From an uncultured Chloroflexia bacterium (lineage in GTDB: Bacteria; Chloroflexota; Dehalococcoidia; GIF9; UBA5629): DNA of 64,000 bases. The stretch spans positions 23,649 through 87,648 of the forward strand of contig CAWJIA010000011.1 of NCBI GenBank assembly GCA_963842805.1, given 5' to 3'. The notes under the pieces were generated by a model. That model saw nothing but the letters and a program-made list of their open reading frames with translations. It did not search any database and was not told the origin of the DNA. Below, in pieces: positions 10,977 to 20,551 of the stretch (its first letter is position 1; each line of letters begins with the position of its first letter). A program made the position numbers and the translations under genes.

Positions 10977-11177
10977 TCTACCATACCTGTATTAAACCAC
11001 AAAATTTAACTTCAGGCTTTTACCTTTTATATATATATGTGAATATCCGGACCATCTGGCACAATATATTGTGTTTTTACTCCCATACAACCATTTATCT
11101 GGTGTTTTTCAAAATAAGTCGCTATTTTTTACACCAAAATCGCTAAAAATTACCGAAGTTTTTTGGCTGATTAGCTA

Positions 11178-11207
11178 TTGACAAGTGGGGTAAAAAGTGT
11201 CCATAAT
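11178..11207 (+). promoter_or_regulatory. Sigma-70-like promoter for the division cluster (TTGACA-18-CATAAT)
   Basis: TTGACA at 11178-11183, 18-nt spacer, CATAAT at 11202-11207, upstream of first ORF of the mraZ cluster. Confidence 0.45.
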
Positions 11208-11230
11208 GGTGAATAGTGGTAAAAAGTGGT
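11185..11230 (+). promoter_or_regulatory. GTGG(G/T) direct-repeat array (candidate MraZ-binding repeats)
   Basis: GTGGGG 11185, GTGT 11197, GTG 11209, GTGGT 11216, GTGGT 11226; the last two exactly 10 bp apart; overlaps the -10 region. Confidence 0.35.
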
Positions 11231-11248
11231 AAATAAGGGGAAAAGGAT

Positions 11249-11614
11249 ATGGCATTTAATTATTGTTGCGAGAACATGGTGGGGCCAGATCTTTTCTCGT
11301 TTATAAAAGAAAATGGTTTTACGGGATTGAAATTGAGACTTTTATTTTTCTGGGGGAAGCACCCTCATACTAAATTCGATCTGGATTGCATTGCACACTT
11401 TCTGGATATCACGCGTTATCACCTGCGTGACATCATCAAGGATTTAATCGATAAAGGAGTGATTAATGAACAATATTGCTCTAATGGAACGGCTCATTAC
11501 TCACTAAACCAGGAGAACGAAACAACCAAGTACATTGGTGAATTGGCCAGCCTCGATTGGAGCATCTTGAATAATATGCTTGGAACGATTGAAAGAGAAG
11601 CCCTTCCGGTATAA
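11249..11614 (+). CDS. Hypothetical small protein, possible winged-helix DNA-binding fold, first gene of mraZ cluster
   Basis: 121 aa with good RBS (aaggggaaaagga); segment FDLDCIAHFLDITRYHLRDIIKDLIDKGVINEQ...HYSL resembles wHTH; no assignable family. Confidence 0.45.
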   Translation: MAFNYCCENMVGPDLFSFIKENGFTGLKLRLLFFWGKHPHTKFDLDCIAHFLDITRYHLRDIIKDLIDKGVINEQYCSNGTAHYSLNQENETTKYIGELASLDWSILNNMLGTIEREALPV

Positions 11615-11637
11615 CAACTCCGTCAGGTTAGTTAATT

Positions 11638-12066
11638 ATGTTTGTTGGCGAATACGAATACAAGGTCGATAACAAGGGTCGTCTGCCTTTGCCACCCAAA
11701 TTCCGCAAAGACATTGATGATGGGCTTGTGCTTACCATGGTGGCGGATAACTGTATCACGGCCTACACCAGGGATGACTGGGCCAAGATGACCACCAACC
11801 AGGCCCCGACCGGGTTCCTCATGTCTGATAAGGCAAGGAAGATAAACCGTTTTATCTTCAGCAATGCCAACGAAGTCACGATAGATAATCAGGGCAGGAT
11901 ATCCCTGCCTTCAATGCTGAGGGAAAGATGTGGTATCTCCGACAGTGCCTCTATCGCCGGCGTAAACAACTATTTTGAAATTTGGAATCCGGAACACTGG
12001 AAGAAAGAAAGGATTTCCTCGGACGACGCAAGTCAAATAATGGACATTCTTGAGGAGAAGAAATGA
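11638..12066 (+). CDS. mraZ: Division/cell-wall cluster transcriptional regulator MraZ
   Basis: 142 aa; duplicated DxxGR motifs (VDNKGRLPLP and DNQGRISLP). Confidence 0.9.
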   Translation: MFVGEYEYKVDNKGRLPLPPKFRKDIDDGLVLTMVADNCITAYTRDDWAKMTTNQAPTGFLMSDKARKINRFIFSNANEVTIDNQGRISLPSMLRERCGISDSASIAGVNNYFEIWNPEHWKKERISSDDASQIMDILEEKK

Positions 12067-12998
12067 GCTTAACGTTAGAGAGAATGGTCCACACGCCGGT
12101 GCTGATCACAGAGGTCATTCAGGGGCTGGACGTGATGCCGGGGAAGCGATATGTCGACTGTACTTTAGGCGGTGGCGGCCATTCAACAGCCATACTGTCC
12201 AAATGCCAGCCCGGTGGTGAGTTGCTGGGTATAGACTCGGACCCTGAGGCCATTCGGATCGCACAACACAACCTCTATAACTATTTCGAAAGCACTATGA
12301 TCGTTAATGACAACTTCTATAACCTGGAGCAAATTTGCACGGAGACCCGTTTTATGCCGGTAGATGGTATTTTATTCGACCTGGGCCTTTCTTCCCTTCA
12401 GCTTTCCAGCGATGAACGTGGATTCAGTTTCCAGCGCAGCGGCCCGCTCGATATGAGGTTCAACCCCGATGAGCAGCTCACGGCTGCCGACATCGTCAAC
12501 AAAATGCCCGAGTCCAAGCTGGCCCAGCTCATACTTATCTACGGTGAGGAGTCTTACGCCAATCGGATAGCCAGCAATATCGTCAGGCACAGGCCGATAT
12601 CGGGTACGGCCGAACTGGCCGCCATCGTTTCCAGTTCAGTTGGCGACCGCTATACCAAGATTCATCCGGCTACCAGGACCTTTCAGGCCCTGCGCATAGC
12701 CGTCAACCGGGAACTGGATCACCTTACCTCCGCCCTCGACCAGAGCCTTAAATGCCTGGCCCCGGGGGGCAGGCTAGCGGTCATCAGCTACCATTCATTG
12801 GAAGACCGTATAGTCAAGAATTTCATGTTACGAGAAACCAGGTCCTGCATATGTCCCAGCAATATACCCGAATGCCGCTGCCATCACCAGCAGCAAATCA
12901 CCCTGATAAACAGGCATCCCATTACCCCGGCTGAAACCGAAATCGAAATAAACCCGCGCAGCAGGAGCGCCAAGCTCCGCATAGCGCAAAGATTATAA
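12063..12998 (+). CDS. rsmH: 16S rRNA (cytosine1402-N4)-methyltransferase
   Basis: HTPVLITEV...YVDCTLGGGGHS...FDLGLSS...GGRLAVISYHSLEDRIVK motifs; overlaps mraZ stop by 4 bp. Confidence 0.9.
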   Translation: MSLTLERMVHTPVLITEVIQGLDVMPGKRYVDCTLGGGGHSTAILSKCQPGGELLGIDSDPEAIRIAQHNLYNYFESTMIVNDNFYNLEQICTETRFMPVDGILFDLGLSSLQLSSDERGFSFQRSGPLDMRFNPDEQLTAADIVNKMPESKLAQLILIYGEESYANRIASNIVRHRPISGTAELAAIVSSSVGDRYTKIHPATRTFQALRIAVNRELDHLTSALDQSLKCLAPGGRLAVISYHSLEDRIVKNFMLRETRSCICPSNIPECRCHHQQQITLINRHPITPAETEIEINPRSRSAKLRIAQRL

Positions 12999-13222
12999 AA
13001 ATAGCAGGAGGCACGGAAAATGATACAAGCAAGCAGATTCGGCACCATTCTTAATAGGGATGGGAAACTCCTGGCAATATTCAGCGGCATGGTTTTTGAC
13101 GGCATCGTTTTCATCAGCCTGATAATCGCTATTGCCATACTTTACTTCTTATAGCGTGTATTAATTTACTCACCAGGAAATTTAGCAGTTAAGTATCACT
13201 AAATCGAAGGAGGCATGGATAA

Positions 13223-14449
13223 ATGACAAAAAGGTTAATCACCGGCATCGATGTAGGTACAACTAAGATTTGTACAATAGTTGCCACCCTTGATTCCGGC
13301 GGTGCCCTGCAGGTACTTGGGGTCGGCCAGGTACCTTCCCATGGTTTACACAAAGGCATGGTTGTCAACGTTGATGAAGCCAGAGATTCGGTTGCCGAAT
13401 CGGTCAAACGTGCTGAACAGGCCAGCGGTGTCAAGATCGAGTCAGCCTACATCGGCGTAACCGGCAGGCACATCAGTTCGGTCAATAGTCATGGCGTCGT
13501 GGCTATACCCCGAACCGACCGCCTTGTCAGGCAGGACGACCTGTCACGTGTTCTGTCATCTGCCAAGAACATCAACATCCCCGATGACAGAAAAATCCTT
13601 CACCAGATCCCCAGGGGTTACAGTCTGGACACCCAGGAAAAAATCAAGAACCCGGTCGGCATGCATGGGTTCAGGCTGGATGTCGAAACCCATATCATCA
13701 CCGCTTCCACTGCTTCTGTGCAGAACCTGGTTAAATGTGTTCGTAGCGTTGGTGTGGAAATCGACGACCTGGTGCTCGAACCACTGGCCAGCGGCGAGTC
13801 GGTACTTACGCCGGAAGAAAAAGAGATCGGCGTAATCATGGCAGATATCGGCGGAGGTACCACTGACATCGCCGTATTTAAGGACGGCAGTATTTATCAC
13901 ACCTCCATCATACCCGTGGCCGGCTACCAGTTCACAAGCGACCTGTCGATCGGTCTAGGTCTGCCCTTTGAAATCGCAGAAGCGATGAAGAAGAAGTACG
14001 GCAATGTTTACCCTGAGACGGGTCAGAAAGACGAGGGTTCCACCCTGACGGTGGAAGATGGACACAGCGTTTCCTACAAAGACCTTTGCAACATACTTCG
14101 GGACCGCATGGAAGAGCTGCTCAGGCTTATCTTACTGGAAATGCCGGATACCAGCTATGCATCGCTGGCCCCTGCCGGACTGGTAATGACCGGAGGTGGA
14201 TCCAAGATGAACGGCCTGGAAGCTCTCGCCCGCGGCACCATCCGCATCCCCACCAGGATAGGAGAACCAATGGGAGTCTATGGTATTACTGATGTGCTGC
14301 ATGACCCGGCCAACGCTACCGGCGTGGGTCTTCTCCTCTGGGCCATCAAGACCGGAGGAAAGCCCACATGGGAATCGAAGGGCGGCGACGCCAGAACCAG
14401 CCAGGTAAGCAACGTCATGGGCATGCTCAAGAAATTCTTTAGTGCCTGA
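13223..14449 (+). CDS. ftsA: Cell division protein FtsA
   Basis: 408 aa actin-fold protein: GIDVGTTKICTIVA, DIGGGTTDIAVF, MTGGGSKMNGL; immediately precedes ftsZ. Confidence 0.9.
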   Translation: MTKRLITGIDVGTTKICTIVATLDSGGALQVLGVGQVPSHGLHKGMVVNVDEARDSVAESVKRAEQASGVKIESAYIGVTGRHISSVNSHGVVAIPRTDRLVRQDDLSRVLSSAKNINIPDDRKILHQIPRGYSLDTQEKIKNPVGMHGFRLDVETHIITASTASVQNLVKCVRSVGVEIDDLVLEPLASGESVLTPEEKEIGVIMADIGGGTTDIAVFKDGSIYHTSIIPVAGYQFTSDLSIGLGLPFEIAEAMKKKYGNVYPETGQKDEGSTLTVEDGHSVSYKDLCNILRDRMEELLRLILLEMPDTSYASLAPAGLVMTGGGSKMNGLEALARGTIRIPTRIGEPMGVYGITDVLHDPANATGVGLLLWAIKTGGKPTWESKGGDARTSQVSNVMGMLKKFFSA

Positions 14450-14488
14450 TAATAAACATTTTTGAAATAGCAGGAGGTTTTAGAAAGT

Positions 14489-15601
14489 ATGTCGAAATCA
14501 ATGTTCTCAACAGCACCAGCTAAGATCAAAGCCATAGGCTGCGGCGGTGGCGGCTCAAATGCTATCACCCGCATGGTCCGCGAGGGGATCAAGGGCGTCG
14601 AATTCATCTGTATGAATACTGATGCGCAGGCATTAGCCCTGGCAGAGGTCCCGGTTCGCGTCCAACTCGGTGAAAAACTCACACGCGGGCTTGGCGCAGG
14701 CGGCGACCATAATGTCGGCAGGAAATCGGCCGAAGAAAGCCGTCAGGCGATCCAGGAAGTGGTATCCGGCGCTGACATGGTATTCATCACAGCAGGCATG
14801 GGTGGCGGCACCGGCACAGGCAGCATCCCTGTAGTGGCTGAAGTTGCCAGGTCATCCGGCGCTCTGACCATTGCCATCGTGACCAAACCGTTTGCCTTCG
14901 AAGGCGCAAGGCGCATGAAGGTAGCCGAAGAGGGTATCCTGCAGCTTTGCGACAAGGTAGACACCCTAGTCATCATCCCCAACGACCGCATAATCGAGCT
15001 CTGCGACAACAAAACCACAGTCGACAACGCTTTCCGGTTGGCTGATGATGTGTTGAAGCTGGGCGTGCAGGCTATTGCTGAAGTGGTAACCGTCCCTGGC
15101 CTTATCAACCTGGATTTCGCTGACATCAGGGCCATCATGAAGAACTCCGGACCGGCATGGATGTCTGTTGGCCACGGCAAGGGTTCCAACAGGGCGGTAG
15201 AGGCAGCCAAGGCGGCCCTGGCCAGCCCGATGCTCGACGTTTCTATCAGCGGCGCCAAAGGCGTACTATTCAACGTGACCGGCGGCAGCAGCCTGACGCT
15301 TTTCGAATGCAACGAGGCGGCTGACGTAATTGCCCAATCAGTCGATCCCGACGCCAACATCATATTCGGCGTGGTCTTCAATTCTCAGCTTGAGGATGAA
15401 GTCCAGATCACTATCATAGCTACCGGGTTCACCGCACAGTATGGTTCCGGGGTTCCAACCGAGGTGGAACTGCGCAGACTGTTGCGTGGAGCAACCGAAG
15501 ACAGCCTTGATGTTCCTTCATTCCTGAGAAGAGGATCGCGTTATCCCAATGCCCAATCGGGGGCACCCCGCCAGTCAGATTTTAGCAGAATGCCTCGCTA
15601 A
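14489..15601 (+). CDS. ftsZ: Cell division GTPase FtsZ
   Basis: [19 protein letters not shown] tubulin signature, ATGFT; 370 aa. Confidence 0.95.
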   Translation: MSKSMFSTAPAKIKAIGCGGGGSNAITRMVREGIKGVEFICMNTDAQALALAEVPVRVQLGEKLTRGLGAGGDHNVGRKSAEESRQAIQEVVSGADMVFITAGMGGGTGTGSIPVVAEVARSSGALTIAIVTKPFAFEGARRMKVAEEGILQLCDKVDTLVIIPNDRIIELCDNKTTVDNAFRLADDVLKLGVQAIAEVVTVPGLINLDFADIRAIMKNSGPAWMSVGHGKGSNRAVEAAKAALASPMLDVSISGAKGVLFNVTGGSSLTLFECNEAADVIAQSVDPDANIIFGVVFNSQLEDEVQITIIATGFTAQYGSGVPTEVELRRLLRGATEDSLDVPSFLRRGSRYPNAQSGAPRQSDFSRMPR

Positions 15602-15633
15602 CAAAGTGTAGATCGATTAATGCATCGGACCCA

Positions 15634-15670
15634 AAGAGGTCGGAGAAATTTCTCCGACCTCTTTTATTAT
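15634..15670 (+). terminator. Rho-independent terminator after ftsZ
   Basis: aaagaggtcggagaaatttctccgacctcttt perfect hairpin followed by tattat T-rich tract. Confidence 0.7.
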
Positions 15671-15683
15671 GTATTGTTAGCCA

Positions 15684-15737
15684 TTGACTCCTACTATATC
15701 TTGTGCTAGTATCCTTCTACACCACACAGTGTAGTGT
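15684..15737 (+). promoter_or_regulatory. Promoter (TTGACT-17-TAGTAT) plus NrdR-box-like palindrome abutting nrdR start
   Basis: TTGACT 15684-15689, TAGTAT 15707-15712; palindrome ACACcACACaGTGTaGTGT at 15719-15737 (16/19 symmetric), resembles NrdR operator (ACAC..GTGT type). Confidence 0.45.
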
Positions 15738-16283
15738 TTGATGATGAAGTGCCCTTCTTGCGGAGAGATGGAATCTAAGGTGATAGATTCGCGAAGCCTT
15801 GGTGATGAAATACGGAGGCGTCGTGAATGTATTAAATGCAGGGAGCGCTTCACGACTTATGAGAGGATCCAGAACAGGGGCCTCTACGTAATCAAGAAAG
15901 ACGGCAGAAGGGAAGATTTCAATCGTGAGAAATTGTTTTCAGGCATACGCAAAGCCTGTGAGAAGCGTCCCATGCCGACTGGGACAATTGAAAAACTGGT
16001 CGAGACAATCGAAACCGACCTGTATCGCCTCGGCAAGACTGAGGTCCCCAGCTCGCTGATAGGGAAGATAATCGTCAGCAAACTGGCCGACATAGACCAC
16101 ATCGCATATATCAGATTCGCCAGTGTTTACTATGAGTTCTCGGATATAACCACTTTAAAGCAAGCGGTGGATACTCTGATCGAGAGCAAACACGGGGCAC
16201 CTCTGGACGGCCAGTTGCCCCTGATAAATCCCAGGGAAGCCGCAGGGCAAAAACGCAGAAGCAAGAAACAGCAACGTGGTTAA
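15738..16283 (+). CDS. nrdR: Transcriptional repressor NrdR (zinc ribbon + ATP cone)
   Basis: MKCPSCG...CIKC zinc ribbon followed by ATP-cone (VIKKDGRREDFNREKL...); real start likely ATG at 15741 or 15744. Confidence 0.9.
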   Translation: MMMKCPSCGEMESKVIDSRSLGDEIRRRRECIKCRERFTTYERIQNRGLYVIKKDGRREDFNREKLFSGIRKACEKRPMPTGTIEKLVETIETDLYRLGKTEVPSSLIGKIIVSKLADIDHIAYIRFASVYYEFSDITTLKQAVDTLIESKHGAPLDGQLPLINPREAAGQKRRSKKQQRG

Positions 16284-18888
16284 TAAGCAATCGAAGAATT
16301 ATCTATCGGACCCAATGCGCAATTACGTTGCGAAGACCGTCTTTACATACATGCAGACACTGGGGTTGGCCGACAGGCATCAGCAGGAAGACCTGACAGA
16401 GCAAGTAATTTTGAGGTTGGAGAAGAGTATGTCTCTTGAAGAACACACAAAAACTAAAAAAGTGGAACGCACTTTCCCCGGTATGGAAAACCTCGTAGCT
16501 TCATTGGCTCCCCAACCGCCCGGCAAGGAACAGATAGAGTCCGTGGTCAATGAACTTCTGGCAGAGAAAGCCGGCTCAAAGGCCTCGGTAGAAAGCCCCC
16601 CTGTCACGCCTTCGGCCGCTCCTGTTATCGCGCCCGCCGCCAGTGAACTAAAGCTAACTGAGAATGCTCTGATAGTCCTGGAGAAAAGATACCTGCAAAA
16701 AGATGGCCAGGGAAATGTTATAGAGACTCCCGAAGAGTTGTTCCACCGGGTCAGCAGTTACATTGCTTCCGCTGAGCTTGTGTTTGATAAATCTGCCAGG
16801 ATTGCCGAGTGGGAAGCCAAATTCTACAGTCTCATGACGTCGCTGGAATTCCTGCCCAATTCACCCACTCTCATGAATGCTGGCCGCGAGCTGGGACAAC
16901 TATCGGCCTGCTTTGTGCTGCCAATCGATGACACCATGGAGTCAATCTTCGATGCCGTTAAATATACGGCTCTGATTCATAAAAGCGGTGGAGGAACAGG
17001 CTTTTCCTTCTCACGCATCAGACCCAAGAAGGACAGGGTAGGATCTACGGGAGGCGTCGCCAGCGGACCTGTCTCTTTCATGCGCGCCTTCGATACAGCA
17101 ACAGACGTCATTAAACAGGGTGGCATGCGCCGCGGCGCCAACATGGGCATATTGAATGTAGACCACCCGGATATCCTGGAATTCATCTCATCCAAGGAAG
17201 ACCTGAAAGCATTTACGAATTTCAACATCTCGGTAGCTATTACCGACCATTTTATGAAGGCTGTGGAGCAGAATACAGACTACGATCTGATCAATCCGCA
17301 TAACAAGGAGGTTGTGGGCAAGCTTAACGCCAGGGAGGTCTTCAGCAAGATAGTAGACATGGCATGGAGAACAGGCGACCCCGGCGTAATCTTCCTGGAC
17401 AGGATAAATGAATCTAACTCAACTCCCAATCTGGGCAAAATAGAAAGCACCAACCCCTGCGGTGAACAACCTCTGTTGCCATATGAATCATGCAATCTGG
17501 GATCGATCAATTTATCAAGGATGGTCAAACGGGTCAACAGCCATAGCGAAATAGACTATGATAAGCTCAGGGAGGTTATCAAGCTGGCCGTGAGATTTCT
17601 GGATGATGTGATCGAGGTCAATAAGTTCCCTCTGCCCCAGATCGGGGAGATGACCCGTAAAACCCGCAAGATCGGGCTGGGGGTGATGGGTTTCGCCGAC
17701 ATGCTTATGCAGTTGCAGATACCATACAACTCGGATAGGGCGCTTGAAACTGCCGAGAGGGTAATGCGTTTCGTTTCGGAAGAAGCCAGTAAGGAATCCG
17801 AATCGCTAGGAAGGTCCAGGGGAACCTTCCCTGCTTTCAACGGCAGCATATATGACACCAGGAACGGACCCAGGGTGAGAAATGCCAACAGGACCACCAT
17901 CGCTCCTACCGGCACCTTAAGCATTATAGCCGGTTGCTCCAGCGGTATCGAGCCGATATTCGCCTTAAGTTACTTCCGCCATATACTCGACGGGCAGACA
18001 TTAATAGAGATCAACCCCTATTTTGAAGAAGCGGCAAAGAAGGATTGTTTCTATTCAGCCGATCTCATGAAAAAGCTGGCGGAGGGAGGGAAATTAAATG
18101 ACATTCCGTCAGTGCCCGCGCAGGTCAAGGATGTTTTTGTAACCTCGCATGACATCTCGCCCGAATGGCATGTGAAAATCCAGGCTGCCTTCCAGAAATA
18201 TACAGATAGCGCCGTTTCCAAAACGGTGAACCTGCCTCACGAAGCTACCGTAGAAGACGTGCAAAACGTTTATCTGATGGCTTACAAGCTGGGATTGAAA
18301 GGTATCACAATTTACAGAGACAGGAGCCGCGACAGCCAGGTATTGAATACGGGCCAGAAAGAACCCGTTACAGAAAAGGAAAAGAGGACGGACAATGAAG
18401 CCGAGGCCGAAGCCAGGCTTTCTCCTCGCCAGAGGCCCAAGATCACCAGGGGCATTACTGAGCGTGTAACCACTGGGTGCGGTTATATTTATGTGACCGT
18501 CAATTTTGATGATAAGGGAATATGTGAAGTTTTTTGCAGCCTGGGTAAAGCCGGAGGCTGTGCTTCCGCACAGCTTGAAGCTACCAGTCGGCTCATTTCG
18601 CTTATTTTCAGATCGGGCATCGATGTCAGCTCAGTCATAAAACAGCTGCGAGCCATCAGATGCCCTTCCGTTTCCTGGGAGCACGGACGTGCCATATTAT
18701 CCTGCGCAGATGCTATCGGCAGCGTATTGGAAAAATACGTAAAAAAAGATGATGACATCGTGCCCATAAAAAGTATCAGCCAGTCTACCGGAAGCTCTAC
18801 CGGGCAATGCCCCGACTGCGGAAATCTGCTTGTTTATCAAGAGGGCTGTCACATTTGCCCGAGTTGCGGCTATACTAAATGCGGATGA
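16276..18888 (+). CDS. nrdJ: Adenosylcobalamin-dependent (class II) ribonucleoside-triphosphate/diphosphate reductase with ~110-aa N-terminal extension and C-terminal zinc ribbon
   Basis: Conserved class II core (FLPNSPTLMNAG, SACFVLP, GGGTGFSFSRIRP, NPCGEQPL, ...TIAPTGT); C-terminal CPDCG...CPSCG; start may be a downstream Met (e.g. MSLEEH) because the annotated start overlaps nrdR. Confidence 0.85.
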   Translation: MVNKQSKNYLSDPMRNYVAKTVFTYMQTLGLADRHQQEDLTEQVILRLEKSMSLEEHTKTKKVERTFPGMENLVASLAPQPPGKEQIESVVNELLAEKAGSKASVESPPVTPSAAPVIAPAASELKLTENALIVLEKRYLQKDGQGNVIETPEELFHRVSSYIASAELVFDKSARIAEWEAKFYSLMTSLEFLPNSPTLMNAGRELGQLSACFVLPIDDTMESIFDAVKYTALIHKSGGGTGFSFSRIRPKKDRVGSTGGVASGPVSFMRAFDTATDVIKQGGMRRGANMGILNVDHPDILEFISSKEDLKAFTNFNISVAITDHFMKAVEQNTDYDLINPHNKEVVGKLNAREVFSKIVDMAWRTGDPGVIFLDRINESNSTPNLGKIESTNPCGEQPLLPYESCNLGSINLSRMVKRVNSHSEIDYDKLREVIKLAVRFLDDVIEVNKFPLPQIGEMTRKTRKIGLGVMGFADMLMQLQIPYNSDRALETAERVMRFVSEEASKESESLGRSRGTFPAFNGSIYDTRNGPRVRNANRTTIAPTGTLSIIAGCSSGIEPIFALSYFRHILDGQTLIEINPYFEEAAKKDCFYSADLMKKLAEGGKLNDIPSVPAQVKDVFVTSHDISPEWHVKIQAAFQKYTDSAVSKTVNLPHEATVEDVQNVYLMAYKLGLKGITIYRDRSRDSQVLNTGQKEPVTEKEKRTDNEAEAEARLSPRQRPKITRGITERVTTGCGYIYVTVNFDDKGICEVFCSLGKAGGCASAQLEATSRLISLIFRSGIDVSSVIKQLRAIRCPSVSWEHGRAILSCADAIGSVLEKYVKKDDDIVPIKSISQSTGSSTGQCPDCGNLLVYQEGCHICPSCGYTKCG

Positions 18889-18921
18889 TATGTTACATTA
18901 GGACGAAGGGGTGGAAGAGGC

Positions 18922-20343
18922 ATGGATGCCACTGAAAATCGCTGTTCTCTTGCATTCAAGCAGATAGCTAAAGTAGTCAACAGTGATTTACCTTTAAAGA
19001 AAATAATGGGACTGATTGCCGCCAGCGCAGCGCGAGCTTTGCAAGCTTCAGGCTGTGCTATTATGCTGCTCAACCCCCAGCGTGAATATCTGGATATCAT
19101 CGGCGCTTTCGGATTGAGTGACATCTACTTACGCAAAGGAGCCTTGAACGCTCGTAAAAGCTACCCTGAGATCCTGGACGGCAAGACTGTCGCTGTTGAA
19201 GATATTATCGTCGATAAAAGGACTCAGTTCCCCGAACAAGCAGCTAAGGAAAATCTGAAGTCGCTGCTGGGTGCGCCTATTTTGCAGAAAGAGGAGGTAA
19301 TAGGGGAGATCAGGATTTACACCCATGAAAAAAAGCATTTCAAACCTCATGAGAAAGACTTCATTGCCACCGTGGCTAATATCATTGCGGTGACAGTGGG
19401 AAAAAACGAATTGTACCAGTACTTAAATACACATCATGAGACCAATGTCACACAGCAGAAGAAACTCACCAGTTTCTCCCACCTTCCTTTGAAGCCGGTG
19501 CGTCCGACCAGTTTCAGCCACCCCAGTGAAGAAGAGTTTGCCAGGTTGCTGGATTTTTACCAGGTGGAATGGCTTTACGAGCCACGTTCATTTCCATTGT
19601 CCTGGGAAGCTAACAGAATCACCGAGATGTTCACGCCGGATTTCTATCTGCCTGAGATAGATTTATATATCGAATTGACAACTTCCAGACAAAGCCTTAT
19701 CACAGAGAAGAACCATAAGCTGCGCCAGCTCAAAGAACTGTATCCGGATGTCAACGTAAAACTGCTCAATAAAGCCGATTACCTAAAGCTTTTTGTAAAA
19801 TACGATTTTATACCCCTGGGCGAAAACAAGATGAACGGCGTGCAAAAATACCTGTTCAATAAAACGCAGCTCGACAGGCGCGTAAAGTCGCTGGCCAAGC
19901 AGATATCGAAAGATTATCATGGGAAGGACCTTATTCTTATTGGCATTCTTAAAGGGGTCATATGTTTTATGTCGGACCTGATGCAGAATATATCCATACC
20001 CCTTGAATGCGATTTTATGGCGATATCCACTCCCCAGGGCAAATCCGATTCGCTAATTAAAATAACTAAAGACCTGGATATTGATATCAGAGGCAAGCAC
20101 GTATTGATGGTGGAAGATATAATCGATACGGGAATGACCTTGAACTACGTATTAAACTACCTTGCGACACGCAAGCCGGCGAGTTTAAAAGTGTGCACAC
20201 TTTTAGATAAGAGGGTTAGGCGCTTAATCGATGTACATCTCGACTATATCGGATTCGAGATACCGGACGAGTTTGTCGTGGGCTACGGCCTGGATGTCAG
20301 GGGGAAATACCGCAACTTACCCTTCATAGCGATTTTGGAATAA
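18922..20343 (+). CDS. hpt: Three-module fusion: N-terminal GAF domain, central PD-(D/E)xK-like (DUF559/Vsr-like) module, C-terminal hypoxanthine phosphoribosyltransferase
   Basis: C-terminal 175 aa match HPRT (LILIGILKGVICFMSDL..., VLMVEDIIDTGMTL PRPP motif, VVGYGLDVRGKYRNLPFI); N-terminus GAF-like (KIMGLIAASAARALQASGCAIMLL...IGEIRIYTHE); middle region EEEFARLLDFYQVEWLYEP...PDFYLPEIDLYIELT. Confidence 0.7.
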   Translation: MDATENRCSLAFKQIAKVVNSDLPLKKIMGLIAASAARALQASGCAIMLLNPQREYLDIIGAFGLSDIYLRKGALNARKSYPEILDGKTVAVEDIIVDKRTQFPEQAAKENLKSLLGAPILQKEEVIGEIRIYTHEKKHFKPHEKDFIATVANIIAVTVGKNELYQYLNTHHETNVTQQKKLTSFSHLPLKPVRPTSFSHPSEEEFARLLDFYQVEWLYEPRSFPLSWEANRITEMFTPDFYLPEIDLYIELTTSRQSLITEKNHKLRQLKELYPDVNVKLLNKADYLKLFVKYDFIPLGENKMNGVQKYLFNKTQLDRRVKSLAKQISKDYHGKDLILIGILKGVICFMSDLMQNISIPLECDFMAISTPQGKSDSLIKITKDLDIDIRGKHVLMVEDIIDTGMTLNYVLNYLATRKPASLKVCTLLDKRVRRLIDVHLDYIGFEIPDEFVVGYGLDVRGKYRNLPFIAILE

Positions 20344-20349
20344 AAAAGC

Positions 20350-20461
20350 CCCAAGTAACCTCAGTATCCCGGTTCCTCATCTTCCCCCCTTACACTATTC
20401 GGCCTTCGCCTACCTTGTGCTAGGGACCTCTGCCTCCCCGTTCCAACTTCGATTACTTGGG
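20350..20461. other. 9-bp inverted repeat (CCCAAGTAA / TTACTTGGG) enclosing a 94-nt pyrimidine-rich segment in the hpt / pilD convergent intergenic region
   Basis: seen directly; could be a long-range stem of a small RNA or terminator structure. Confidence 0.25.
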
Positions 20462-20551
20462 ACGTTTTCAAAAGTAGCACATAAACGCATACATGTCAAT
20501 ACCCTATTTACGATCAACAGAATTTTTTTATAAAATTTTTGTTTATTTTTA

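Noticed and set aside
13021-13122. 33-codon ORF with strong AGGAGG RBS between rsmH and ftsA (possible FtsL-like small protein)
   Set aside because: The product MIQASRFGTILNRDGKLLAISAAWFLTASFSSA lacks a convincing transmembrane helix or coiled coil. It is too short and unconserved to call. The RBS may instead serve ftsA regulation.
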